Made by a program: the position numbers and the translations under genes. From the NCBI GenBank assembly GCA_902530535.1, contig CACAAP010000002.1, forward strand, positions 255 to 64,254: a stretch of DNA of 64,000 nucleotides, read 5' to 3'. This DNA is from an uncultured Candidatus Poseidoniales archaeon. Its GTDB lineage: Archaea; Thermoplasmatota; Poseidoniia; Poseidoniales; Thalassarchaeaceae. How positions within the stretch are numbered: the stretch's first letter is position 1; each line of letters starts with the position of its first letter. Below the pieces are notes generated by a model. The model had not been told where the DNA came from, searched no databases, and worked only from the letters and a program-made list of their open reading frames with translations. Below are positions 37,401 through 44,723 of this stretch, one piece after another.

Positions 37401-38093
37401 GCTGAGTGCGATGAATATGGGCAATCCTACCGCGGCTCCTGAGGACATTAGGTACAGGATGGCCCGGTCTAGCCTAAGCGAGTAGAGGACGGCGGATCCT
37501 GAGAGAAGGATCACTGACAGGGTGATGAAGGTCTCGACCTCCCCTCGAGAGTATTCGAGCCAAATCTTCACCCCACTGAACAGAACCGCTAGAGGAGCGA
37601 GGACAACAACAGTCCTCGGTAGAGTCCCGAGAGAGTGCCTCCGGATATTCCGTGTACTTATCTCCATCACAACAAGAATGCCCACGGCCTGCAATGCCGC
37701 GAGCCACACTGGCATCCAAACATCCCCCTCTTGAATTGCTATCCAGTCCTTCTCTTGTCCCGCATAGAAAACTGCGAACCGGGAGAGCCACACAACAGAG
37801 AGCGCGCCCATCAGAACAGCTATCGCCCCTCCGTACTCCTCGATCGGGTTCTCCGGCCTGTCTGGGCCAGCCTGACTCCTCATCCACTCGTGTAAGCCTA
37901 TCACAGATACCGCAGTAGCTCCGGTGATGGCACCAAGGGTCAGGAATGAGTAATCGTTGTCCACATTCACTACCGTGACGTACCAAATCGCATAGGCCAG
38001 CATAAGTCCTCCAGCGACCAGAGATGCGTACAGACCTACCATCGAAGCATCGTATTCTGAACGTACAACTGTGTTTTCTGGGGCCTGACTCAT
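34422..38093 (-). CDS. Giant polytopic membrane protein (1223 aa, roughly 30 or more TM segments) with an acidic linker and a small C-terminal soluble domain
   Basis: Uninterrupted ORF that is hydrophobic for about 1090 aa, followed by an E/D/P-rich stretch and a roughly 60-aa terminal domain. I recognise no family motif. Confidence 0.7.
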   Translation of the reverse strand: MSQAPENTVVRSEYDASMVGLYASLVAGGLMLAYAIWYVTVVNVDNDYSFLTLGAITGATAVSVIGLHEWMRSQAGPDRPENPIEEYGGAIAVLMGALSVVWLSRFAVFYAGQEKDWIAIQEGDVWMPVWLAALQAVGILVVMEISTRNIRRHSLGTLPRTVVVLAPLAVLFSGVKIWLEYSRGEVETFITLSVILLSGSAVLYSLRLDRAILYLMSSGAAVGLPIFIALSSWGETEHASLLVPAVVIVGITATDRSLSKKMIENGSGAVVAAILFCQILAADETQFSIAGNTISEHPFGLTFWLWVALLVGWFAPTTMQRTPAMPVGLALALALLSDEAAMVAWIVGICAFVYLETRPQARDWVVRATYVAMVASWTVSSFIGAGRDGNILELGSFQLSIVDGISLVIFPSLLTLGIWAQSRGRLRAYEGPSILLALASLNIELLEDASPLFLLIISAASLFQLNWFLSSRFDDRNEREWFSDVGHLVLLSSPLVLSSVLTIGESDLEPMILVLPLLLAFTVFGICHRWRVEDESLILRPEMVVILLLVLVFLINNARPWESGHFSSETISLTLACSALLAALLVVEGGVAFRTTPLERLVGITYLFFVSVVSAGILSSENSELWERVTRDLIIISAPVLVNFRLKTLLDISQEARNFGSLTLFILLLIGMTDSSGGLLALTVFAIAVQRAAKHVSTPVLVALPVVAVIYASFFDSLRDESDLIWALLNGIPYLGETTDILLFDTPRWASLLLLSIPASVAIHLPSERERERGSRYGPEQLFGPAVAVLLSVAFLLPDPQTAPIVIVAVITAGAWRQGVINWFWISPIAWFWASLELFQYLEVGQGSDYARVIGGLAGFSQYLLFHNGLLLANSPFEDHDVGNDEFLGLASRGYGYAFLLISGGVSGVLPFISALVAGWDGLRSGTPIVMHGSVLVQTLTLESWLREDFGFHSEDALVWPIAVGIVMVGLSWRRVNPYGREVMVPTLGTSESEPFDMEKDFGMFGSAFFLIAMFPYSEYIEVDFAFGASIVLLSLHHVIVGFGRDHGWRRLISLIGMPSGLIVTGAAYEGLIMVLMLFLASLTLIGQAVLYASRGGLEIGSTIEGAAPIASNVGVSEPSPEHDKTKEEPTEVSEEAEIEGDAHSEEMDEEESPEPEPVTPQSPLFESEDALFGIRLEPNMMYNLREMISTNRTVDFSKWSPVLAISSNGSIVLNWEKSSEEE

Positions 38094-38203
38094 GCTCTTT
38101 GTTGGGCCTGATGGGCTTTCTACTTACTCCCGGAACGGGGCTTTTTCATCCTCCTTGGACTAGGAAGGCTTGAAGTCGGGACTGTGGTGGCGTGGGATGC
38201 TAC

Positions 38204-38279
38204 GGGACTGTAGCTCAGCTGGGAGAGCGCCGCACTGAAGATGCGGAGGCCGCTGGTTCAAGTCCGGCCAGTCCCACCA
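38204..38279 (+). tRNA. tRNA-Phe (GAA), CCA encoded
   Basis: The hand-folded cloverleaf has acceptor GGGACUG/CAGUCCC, D arm GCUC-AGCUGGGA-GAGC, anticodon arm CCGCA-CUGAAGA-UGCGG (GAA at 38237-38239) and T arm GCUGG-UUCAAGU-CCGGC. It ends in ACCA. Confidence 0.93.
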
Positions 38280-39140
38280 TCAACTCGCATTAGAGAGGAC
38301 TTCGGTCTGGATCTTGTGTAACTTCGCTATTCCGACCTCTGCAGCGTCAATCAGAGAGTCGAGCTCTTCTCTGGAATATGTTGCCTCCTCGCCCGTTCCC
38401 TGGACCTCTACGAAGTCTCCTGAGCTAGTCATCACGACGTTCATGTCCACATCGGCATTACTGTCGAGGATATAATCCAAGTCTGTCCAGACCTGGCCCT
38501 CGACCATTCCCACGCTAAGCGCTGCAACGTCATTGGGCATCACAGAGTCTTCGTGAGAAGCCATCTGTTCCTTGCTAAGAGTCTCCTGCTTTGCACCTTT
38601 CCTAATCTGCTCCCTGGTAAGCCTCCTGTCCTTCGGCAGGCACTCCCCGGATGAGATTAGTCTCCGAACTGCGAGCCTCAGTGCGATGTTTGCTGCCGTT
38701 ATTGAAGCGCATCTGGTTCCTCCGTCGGCATTCAGTATGTCGCAGTCCACAGTCAGGGCCACGGGACCCAGTTGCTCCAGGTCTACTGCCCCCCTCAGCG
38801 ATCGAGCGACTAGCCTCTCTATCTCCATCGTCCTACCCTTGGCACCGCTCCTCTCCCTCCTGAATCTGGTGTCGGTAGATCCTGGGAGCAACGAGTATTC
38901 AGCATGCACCCAACCCTTGTCAGAGTCTCGAGGGAACCATCTCGGGAGGGAGGGTGCCTTGGTGACGCAGACCAGGACTTGGGTGTCCCCCTGAGAGTAG
39001 AGAAGAGAAGACAGTGCATTAGGGGTGAAGTCCAGCTTGACCTCAATTTCCCTGATCTCGTCGTTGTCCCTACCGGTGCTTCCAACTCCCGTCTTCATCT
39101 TCGCCATGAACGTCCGAAACGAGGCTCTCGGATGAATCAT
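38280..39140 (-). CDS. rph: Ribonuclease PH (bacterial type) with an internal insertion of about 29 aa
   Basis: GWVHAEYSLLPGST, KGRTMEIERLVARSLRGAVD, DCDILNADGGTRCASIT and DMNVVMT..G.FVEVQGTGE are collinear with bacterial RNase PH. Confidence 0.88.
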   Translation of the reverse strand: MIHPRASFRTFMAKMKTGVGSTGRDNDEIREIEVKLDFTPNALSSLLYSQGDTQVLVCVTKAPSLPRWFPRDSDKGWVHAEYSLLPGSTDTRFRRERSGAKGRTMEIERLVARSLRGAVDLEQLGPVALTVDCDILNADGGTRCASITAANIALRLAVRRLISSGECLPKDRRLTREQIRKGAKQETLSKEQMASHEDSVMPNDVAALSVGMVEGQVWTDLDYILDSNADVDMNVVMTSSGDFVEVQGTGEEATYSREELDSLIDAAEVGIAKLHKIQTEVLSNAS

Positions 39141-39745
39141 TCGCGTCTTGCATGAGGAGGCCTGAACGATTCTACTACCTCCGGATCAGTAGTGATGTAA
39201 GGCCCGCCAATCAGATCCACACAGTACGGGACAGCGGCGAAGACGGAGTCCAGAATCTCACGAATCGACCGAGGAGAGCCAGGCAGATTGATCACTATGG
39301 AGGACCCTCGAATCCCGGCCATCTGCCTAGAGAGCATTGCCGTGGGGACGTGACTCATCGACACCGCCCTCATCTGCTCCCCGAAGCCGGGAAGGACCTT
39401 TTCGCAAACGTTCTCGGTAGCCTCGGGAGTGACATCCCGTTGAGACGGGCCGGTTCCCCCCGTAGTGACCACCACAGAGCATCCATGGTTGTCGATCAGG
39501 TCAATCAGGGCTGCCTCGATGGATTCCCTCTCGTCTTCGACCAGTCTCCTTTCGACCACCCATTCGGAAGTCAGCGCCTCCTCTAGGAAACCCTCTATCG
39601 CAGGGCCGCTTAGGTCATCGTACTCCCCCTTGCTAGCTCGATCAGAGGCCGTTAGAATACCAAATTGACACTTCTGGCCTTTCTCCATGGCACTTGGAAG
39701 GGGTTGGCCTGAATAAATTGGGCGTTCTTGGGTTATCTCAGTCAT
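39137..39745 (-). CDS. Molybdenum cofactor biosynthesis protein MogA/MoaB family
   Basis: FGILTASDRASKGEYDDLSGPAI and VVTTGGTGPSQRDVTPEA are present. There is an ATGA overlap with rph. The start is set at MTEITQ (39743-39745). Confidence 0.8.
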   Translation of the reverse strand: MTEITQERPIYSGQPLPSAMEKGQKCQFGILTASDRASKGEYDDLSGPAIEGFLEEALTSEWVVERRLVEDERESIEAALIDLIDNHGCSVVVTTGGTGPSQRDVTPEATENVCEKVLPGFGEQMRAVSMSHVPTAMLSRQMAGIRGSSIVINLPGSPRSIREILDSVFAAVPYCVDLIGGPYITTDPEVVESFRPPHARRE

Positions 39746-39901
39746 GTTGAATAACCTCCGACTTCCGAGTTCACTATCCGGAGGAGATGGAGTGCAAATA
39801 GAAACCAGAAATGTACAAACCGCCATCGTCCCATGTTTCAATAATAGAAATAACGAGTCGAAAGGCGGTTTAGGCACTTCAATCATCTTCTGAAAAGGTG
39901 A

Positions 39902-41599
39902 TTGAAAATGAGTGATTTAGAAACATACAAGAGGTTCGTAGAGATAGTTCTGAAAGAGTGTGAAGGTGCTGATGAGAATGAGGTTGCTACCGAGTTCAGG
40001 CGCTATCAAGATGATTTCTTAATTCCTCCAGATGAATCGATGAGGTCGATAATTAGGAAATTCAGCCCAGATGGATCTGAGGGGTCATTATCACAGGGAG
40101 AAAGATGGAAGGCAATTGAGAAGAAGGTAGAGCGTTTCTCCGAGATAGAGTCGGAAGACAGGAATATCACAATAGAGGCGCAAATAGTAAGCTATACTCC
40201 AAAGAGTCAGATGGTGAGAGGGGAAGAGAGGCAAATTGCCTTCGGATGGATAGAAGACAATCCTTGGAAAGATTCGAATCAGAGAGAGAGGTGGGACTAC
40301 ACCGATTGGGGTGGTAATCACGAAAGGTTAACTCCCGGATCTGTGGTAAGACTAGAAGGAGTCTCCGTTAATGAGTGGAAGGGGAATAAATCGATCAGTA
40401 TCAATCAATCTTCCAGAGTATCTGTCCTCAAGGAAGGAGGTCCGGCAGTGGCTGTTGCTGCCGATGAGCCGATTACTCTGGACGAGGCTAGGGGCAGAGA
40501 CGGTTTTGTGAATATTATTGCTAGATTACACGAATGTAGGGATGATAAAATTGTAGCCAGAGCTACAGGAAAAGAAATTCCAATTGTTAGGGGCAGACTT
40601 GTAGACTCAACCGGAACAATGACCTTTGTTTCTTGGATTCCATTCTCTCAAGAGCCAGGGACTCTTCTGAGAATAGAAGGCGCATCCATTAGGAGATTCA
40701 GGAACAATCCAGAAATAAACTTCAATGATGGAACCAAAATCGAACTATACAGGGACAGTAAATTCCCTAAATTGGATAAGTTGGAAGGTTCACTAATGAG
40801 TGATATTGCATCTGTTAGAGATGGGATGAATGATGTGAGAATCGTTCTCCAAGTTGAGTCTTGGAGTTCCAGGGAGTTTACAAATTCTGAAGGTGAAACT
40901 AAGATCGTTAGATCGGGAGACGTCCTGGATCCGAGTGGGAAATCAAGACTGACTTGTTGGTGTGATTTCGATCCAGAAATTGGTTCATTTATCGAACTCA
41001 GTAGCGCCAGAGTTCAATCTTGGATGGGTTCTCCGGACCTAGTTGTAGACAATATCGAGCAAATTTCTATTTTAGAGGAGGCTCCTTGGGATAGTATCAA
41101 TCCTGAAGCACATTGGGTAGAGGTTGGATTGCCTGAATTGACCTCGGGAGGTTCTCGGAGAGGGGTTTCTACTAGAGGGACGGTTGTTTCAGTAAGAGAA
41201 GATTCTGGAATCATAGAGAGGTGCCCAGAATGTAGAAGGGTCCTGAGGGATGGTTCGTGTTCCGAACATGGCCCCCAGAGAGGAATGGAGGATTTGAGAA
41301 TCCGATTGGTCGTAGATGATGATCTTGCAAATATATCCTTGATCATGGCCAGAGAACCTAGTGAGAAGTTTCTTCAAATGAAAATGGAAGATATTGCTTT
41401 GGAAATCTCAGCTAGAGGTTCTGGAGAATTTGTATCGAACATCAGAGAGAGATTATTGGGGAGAGAAGTGGATATATGGGGAAGAGCGATGATTGATGAA
41501 CAAGGTGCAATGATGGTTTGTGAGAAGTTGGAGTTAGTTGACACTGACACGGAAAAATATGCTCAAGAGATAATTTCCGATTGGGGGGTGACACTTTGA
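39902..41599 (+). CDS. rpa: Replication protein A (multi-OB-fold ssDNA-binding protein with Zn ribbon)
   Basis: 565 aa with about four repeated OB-like units (..V.L.G....W.G....I..). A CPECRRVLRDGSCSEHG zinc element sits in the last unit, as in euryarchaeal RPA. Confidence 0.6.
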   Translation: MKMSDLETYKRFVEIVLKECEGADENEVATEFRRYQDDFLIPPDESMRSIIRKFSPDGSEGSLSQGERWKAIEKKVERFSEIESEDRNITIEAQIVSYTPKSQMVRGEERQIAFGWIEDNPWKDSNQRERWDYTDWGGNHERLTPGSVVRLEGVSVNEWKGNKSISINQSSRVSVLKEGGPAVAVAADEPITLDEARGRDGFVNIIARLHECRDDKIVARATGKEIPIVRGRLVDSTGTMTFVSWIPFSQEPGTLLRIEGASIRRFRNNPEINFNDGTKIELYRDSKFPKLDKLEGSLMSDIASVRDGMNDVRIVLQVESWSSREFTNSEGETKIVRSGDVLDPSGKSRLTCWCDFDPEIGSFIELSSARVQSWMGSPDLVVDNIEQISILEEAPWDSINPEAHWVEVGLPELTSGGSRRGVSTRGTVVSVREDSGIIERCPECRRVLRDGSCSEHGPQRGMEDLRIRLVVDDDLANISLIMAREPSEKFLQMKMEDIALEISARGSGEFVSNIRERLLGREVDIWGRAMIDEQGAMMVCEKLELVDTDTEKYAQEIISDWGVTL

Positions 41600-42534
41600 T
41601 TTCTCAATCGAGATACAAGAGGCAGGGTACTTATCGGATATTTGCCAGTGAGTTCTCCAGCTCTAGCTTGACTGAACAAAAAAATGAGGAGTATGCGCCT
41701 GCATTCATTATCTCAAAAATTGGTGCGAAGGTGAACAGAGCCCTTGTTTGTGGAGTTTTAGAAAATCTGGAGAGGAGGGATGGCGATAATGGATCAAGTT
41801 ATAATTTCTCAATTAGGGATCCAACTGGCGTAATAAGGCTCAATATTGCACCTTTCCAGCCAGAGCTACATGCCACAGCCGAAGAAATGCTATCAAGATT
41901 TGATGCTGGTGAACGCTTCCTTGTTCTATTCGTTGGCAAATCGAGATGGTACGAGTCGGAAGATGGAGGAGTTTTCACTAGTCTGAGAGTAGAAGAATTC
42001 TGTGAGATTGACAAGGAGAGGTATCTCAACTGGCTTCTCAGTACAGCTGAATCGACACTCAAACGGATTGAGTCGTATGAACAAACACTTGAGTTTGCAC
42101 TCGATGAAAATGAAATTAAGAAATCTGGAATCTCAGAAGATTTGGTTCCTGCAATAATTTCTGCTCGAAATCATTACCAAAATGTGGATACTGAGGAGAT
42201 TAGGCTTGGAGTTTTGAAAGCAATTTCCATGGCGGCGGGTGGATCAAATCCAGTTGAAATTCAAGAGCAAGATTCACTGGAAAATATACATTCAGACGAG
42301 AAATCGGCGGAAACTATCGAGGCTCATGCGATTGAAGGAGCCGAGCCTAGGGAGATAATATTGGGAATACTGAATTCTAATGGAGGGGAGTTAGTTGAGT
42401 TTGAGGATCTCGTGGGAGCCTGCGTATCTGCCGGATCCTCAAGAGAGGATGCGGAGAATGCAATTATGAGTCTGAAGGATGACACGATGGAGATTTCTGA
42501 ACCACAATTCGGATTCTTCTCAATATCTGGGTAG
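41581..42534 (+). CDS. OB-fold protein, RPA small-subunit / RPA-associated (RPAP-like)
   Basis: The N-terminal OB-like region is KVNRALVCGVLENLERRDG...YNFSIRDPTGVIRLNI, and the C-terminal part is helical and acidic. There is no in-frame ATG near the 5' end. The start is the TTG at 41581 or the TTG at 41596, which overlaps the rpa stop (TTGA). Confidence 0.45.
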   Translation: MGGDTLISQSRYKRQGTYRIFASEFSSSSLTEQKNEEYAPAFIISKIGAKVNRALVCGVLENLERRDGDNGSSYNFSIRDPTGVIRLNIAPFQPELHATAEEMLSRFDAGERFLVLFVGKSRWYESEDGGVFTSLRVEEFCEIDKERYLNWLLSTAESTLKRIESYEQTLEFALDENEIKKSGISEDLVPAIISARNHYQNVDTEEIRLGVLKAISMAAGGSNPVEIQEQDSLENIHSDEKSAETIEAHAIEGAEPREIILGILNSNGGELVEFEDLVGACVSAGSSREDAENAIMSLKDDTMEISEPQFGFFSISG

Positions 42535-42547
42535 TCTTTTCGCGGGT

Positions 42548-43480
42548 CTAGTCTAGTGAGGAGAGTTTCGATCTGATCCTCTCTATGGTCGATTCTGCAT
42601 CCTCCGTCGCTTGGATTGTTTTCTCGGTTGATGCCATCGTGGCTCCCTTGACCTCTGCGATATTCGTAGCCACCATCAAGACCCTGTGTCTTACGAACTG
42701 CTCATCTATTGGCCAACCCCTCCTGTCTGCAAGCCTCAACAGCAGATCCTTCTCGGCTTCTCCCCAAGAGCCCCCGTGGCTCCTAAGAATGGTCCCGACC
42801 ATCCTCTCGAGATCTCCCACTCGGGCGTGAATAGTGAGAAGGTCCCCTTGGACATGGCTGGACTGATTGTCAATACCGATTAGGATTGAGTCTCCAGCAT
42901 CCTCGAGAAGTGCTTGTGAGGGAATGGTCTGGAAATCCTCGGTAGGAACCGCAATTAGAGTCGGGTCAGCGTCCTTTTCCTTTTGTTCGATGTTCTTCGG
43001 AGAGGAGGTTTGGATTCCATTCCTCTTGAGGCTGCGCTTGATTCTCCCCCATCCCCTCATCTGGCTAGTAAGGACTCCAGCCACCCTTCCCATCAGTACT
43101 GTCCTGTTTCCCGTTAGCTCGAGCTCAAGGCTCTTGCACATCTCGTGCAGATCATCTCTGTTCATCTCTGCTAGGTTCTCGATAGTCATCCTCCTCGAGT
43201 CGTAGTTCAGATGGAGCCACAGGCGCTGACGCCTCTCTTTGTGAGAACCGGAGGACTTGATGCCGAAGACCTTCAGGACTTCGCCCATCTCCTTGTGAGA
43301 CATGGACTGTATCCCCTCCCAAGAAAGATCCATGTCCGACAGAACTAGGTTGGAGATCAGCCTAGCCCTGAGAACCTCGACTGACCCGGACTTCGAGATG
43401 CCGCTTTCCTCCGCCCTGTCCCTGAGGCTCTGGAGCCTATCCATGTAGATGGAACTCAGTAAATCGGTGTCTACCCTCAT
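42548..43480 (-). CDS. Hypothetical protein with three N-terminal SAP/HeH-like motifs
   Basis: The three motifs are LRDRAEESGISKSGSVEVLRARLISNL, MGEVLKVFGIKSSGSHKERRQRLWLHL and LHEMCKSLELELTGNRTVLMGRVAGVL. Confidence 0.55.
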   Translation of the reverse strand: MRVDTDLLSSIYMDRLQSLRDRAEESGISKSGSVEVLRARLISNLVLSDMDLSWEGIQSMSHKEMGEVLKVFGIKSSGSHKERRQRLWLHLNYDSRRMTIENLAEMNRDDLHEMCKSLELELTGNRTVLMGRVAGVLTSQMRGWGRIKRSLKRNGIQTSSPKNIEQKEKDADPTLIAVPTEDFQTIPSQALLEDAGDSILIGIDNQSSHVQGDLLTIHARVGDLERMVGTILRSHGGSWGEAEKDLLLRLADRRGWPIDEQFVRHRVLMVATNIAEVKGATMASTEKTIQATEDAESTIERIRSKLSSLD

Positions 43481-43579
43481 GGCAACATAAGCACCTCGTG
43501 ATGCTACCTTAGTTATCGGTTGCCCCAGTATCTTTGTCTGGGAGAGGTTTTCGAAACTTTTCTAGATGAGCGGCAGTGA

Positions 43580-44665
43580 CTAGAGGAAGGAGGGTGCATC
43601 AACATCAGTTGGGTGGTCTTTCGGCACCTCTCTGGAGGACTCCCTGACCATGTTTTCCCAGTCCATCATCAGGGCAACTATAGCTCTCTGATACTCGCTC
43701 ATTGCGACCAGCCTCTCCAATGAGAGGGTCTTCCTGCCATCGGGCGAGAGGGCCTCCAATCGAACCTCGACTCTAACCTCGTCATGATATATCTCTCCGT
43801 CGGGATCATGACAGGCCTGCTCTAGAACGAGGTCTCGATTCTCCTCCGCCTGCCTGAGAATTGCTCCGACCTGGCGATGCCTTACCTGCAGGCCAACGCA
43901 ATCTCGTAATGACTCATCCATACTTCCCATAATCCTGCTCTGGACCCAGAGGACAGTGTTTCCCTCTGGCTCAGTTAGCTTAGATGATAGAACGTTTGGG
44001 AATCCGTTCCTGCAGACGATCGCGATTAGGTCAGAGTAAGGTGGTGGAATGAAGTGTGGTGCGCCCCTGACTTTCGGCTGTGACATCAGCGTGTGCCTCC
44101 TCTCTGTTTGTCCGGTATACTCATACTCCGACCTGGAGGAGATGAAGCCGTCTATCTCCTCCCTGTCTAGCATCCCTGCTAGCCAAGTCGCCCTTTCAGC
44201 CGAGTCTAGGGGAACATCCTCAGGATTCATGGAAACCTGATTGGTCCTGAGTACCTGAATATCAGGGCGAGCCCTGAGAAGCTGCCTGCGGATAAGTTCC
44301 GAATCCGAGACGATAATTGCAGACTTTGGTTGGTACATCAGTCTGTTTGGCGAGACTAGGATTGGGGATGGTCTTCGAGGAGTTCTAGCCCCGACGATCT
44401 GGCATCCAGTATCTGCCAGCTCAGCCTCACTACCGATGATTTCGGATGCAGGGGCGGCTAGTAGATCGATTTCACCCCCAGACAACGATTCTAGTGCAGA
44501 TGAGACTTCGTCTAGTGGAGTGACGGACTGCTCCAGTCCCTCGTGGTCTATTGTATCTAAGTGACTGGACACGACAGTGGAAATTTTCCATGAAGAAGAG
44601 TCCAGTGCCCCGACAATCAGCCTGTTTTCCATCGCATCCACCTCTAGGGAGGGAGCACTCCTCAT
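43580..44665 (-). CDS. Divergent porphobilinogen-deaminase (HemC)-like protein, probably not a canonical enzyme
   Basis: By-eye collinearity with HemC covers IVSDSELIRRQLLRARPDIQVLRTNQV, IDGFISSRSEYEYTG, IPPPYSDLIAIVCR and SLRDCVGLQV. The start is set at MRSAPS (44663-44665); the longer track ORF overlaps idsA. Confidence 0.35.
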   Translation of the reverse strand: MRSAPSLEVDAMENRLIVGALDSSSWKISTVVSSHLDTIDHEGLEQSVTPLDEVSSALESLSGGEIDLLAAPASEIIGSEAELADTGCQIVGARTPRRPSPILVSPNRLMYQPKSAIIVSDSELIRRQLLRARPDIQVLRTNQVSMNPEDVPLDSAERATWLAGMLDREEIDGFISSRSEYEYTGQTERRHTLMSQPKVRGAPHFIPPPYSDLIAIVCRNGFPNVLSSKLTEPEGNTVLWVQSRIMGSMDESLRDCVGLQVRHRQVGAILRQAEENRDLVLEQACHDPDGEIYHDEVRVEVRLEALSPDGRKTLSLERLVAMSEYQRAIVALMMDWENMVRESSREVPKDHPTDVDAPSFL

Positions 44666-44723
44666 GCCCAATCTGAGCGGCGCGGACACCCGTTGATATA
44701 TGCGACCCCTAGGCTGAGATGCC

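Noticed and set aside
37474-37986. 170-aa alternative-frame ORF and several plus-strand ORFs inside the giant membrane gene
   Set aside because: They are nested in a 3.7-kb uninterrupted ORF with consistent TM-helix periodicity. The alternatives translate to R/G/C-rich nonsense.
38177-38211. 9-nt direct repeat CGGGACTGT, which duplicates the 5' end of tRNA-Phe 26 nt upstream (a possible att-site remnant)
   Set aside because: It is too short to be significant. No integrase or other mobile-element gene is adjacent, and integration scars usually duplicate the tRNA 3' part.
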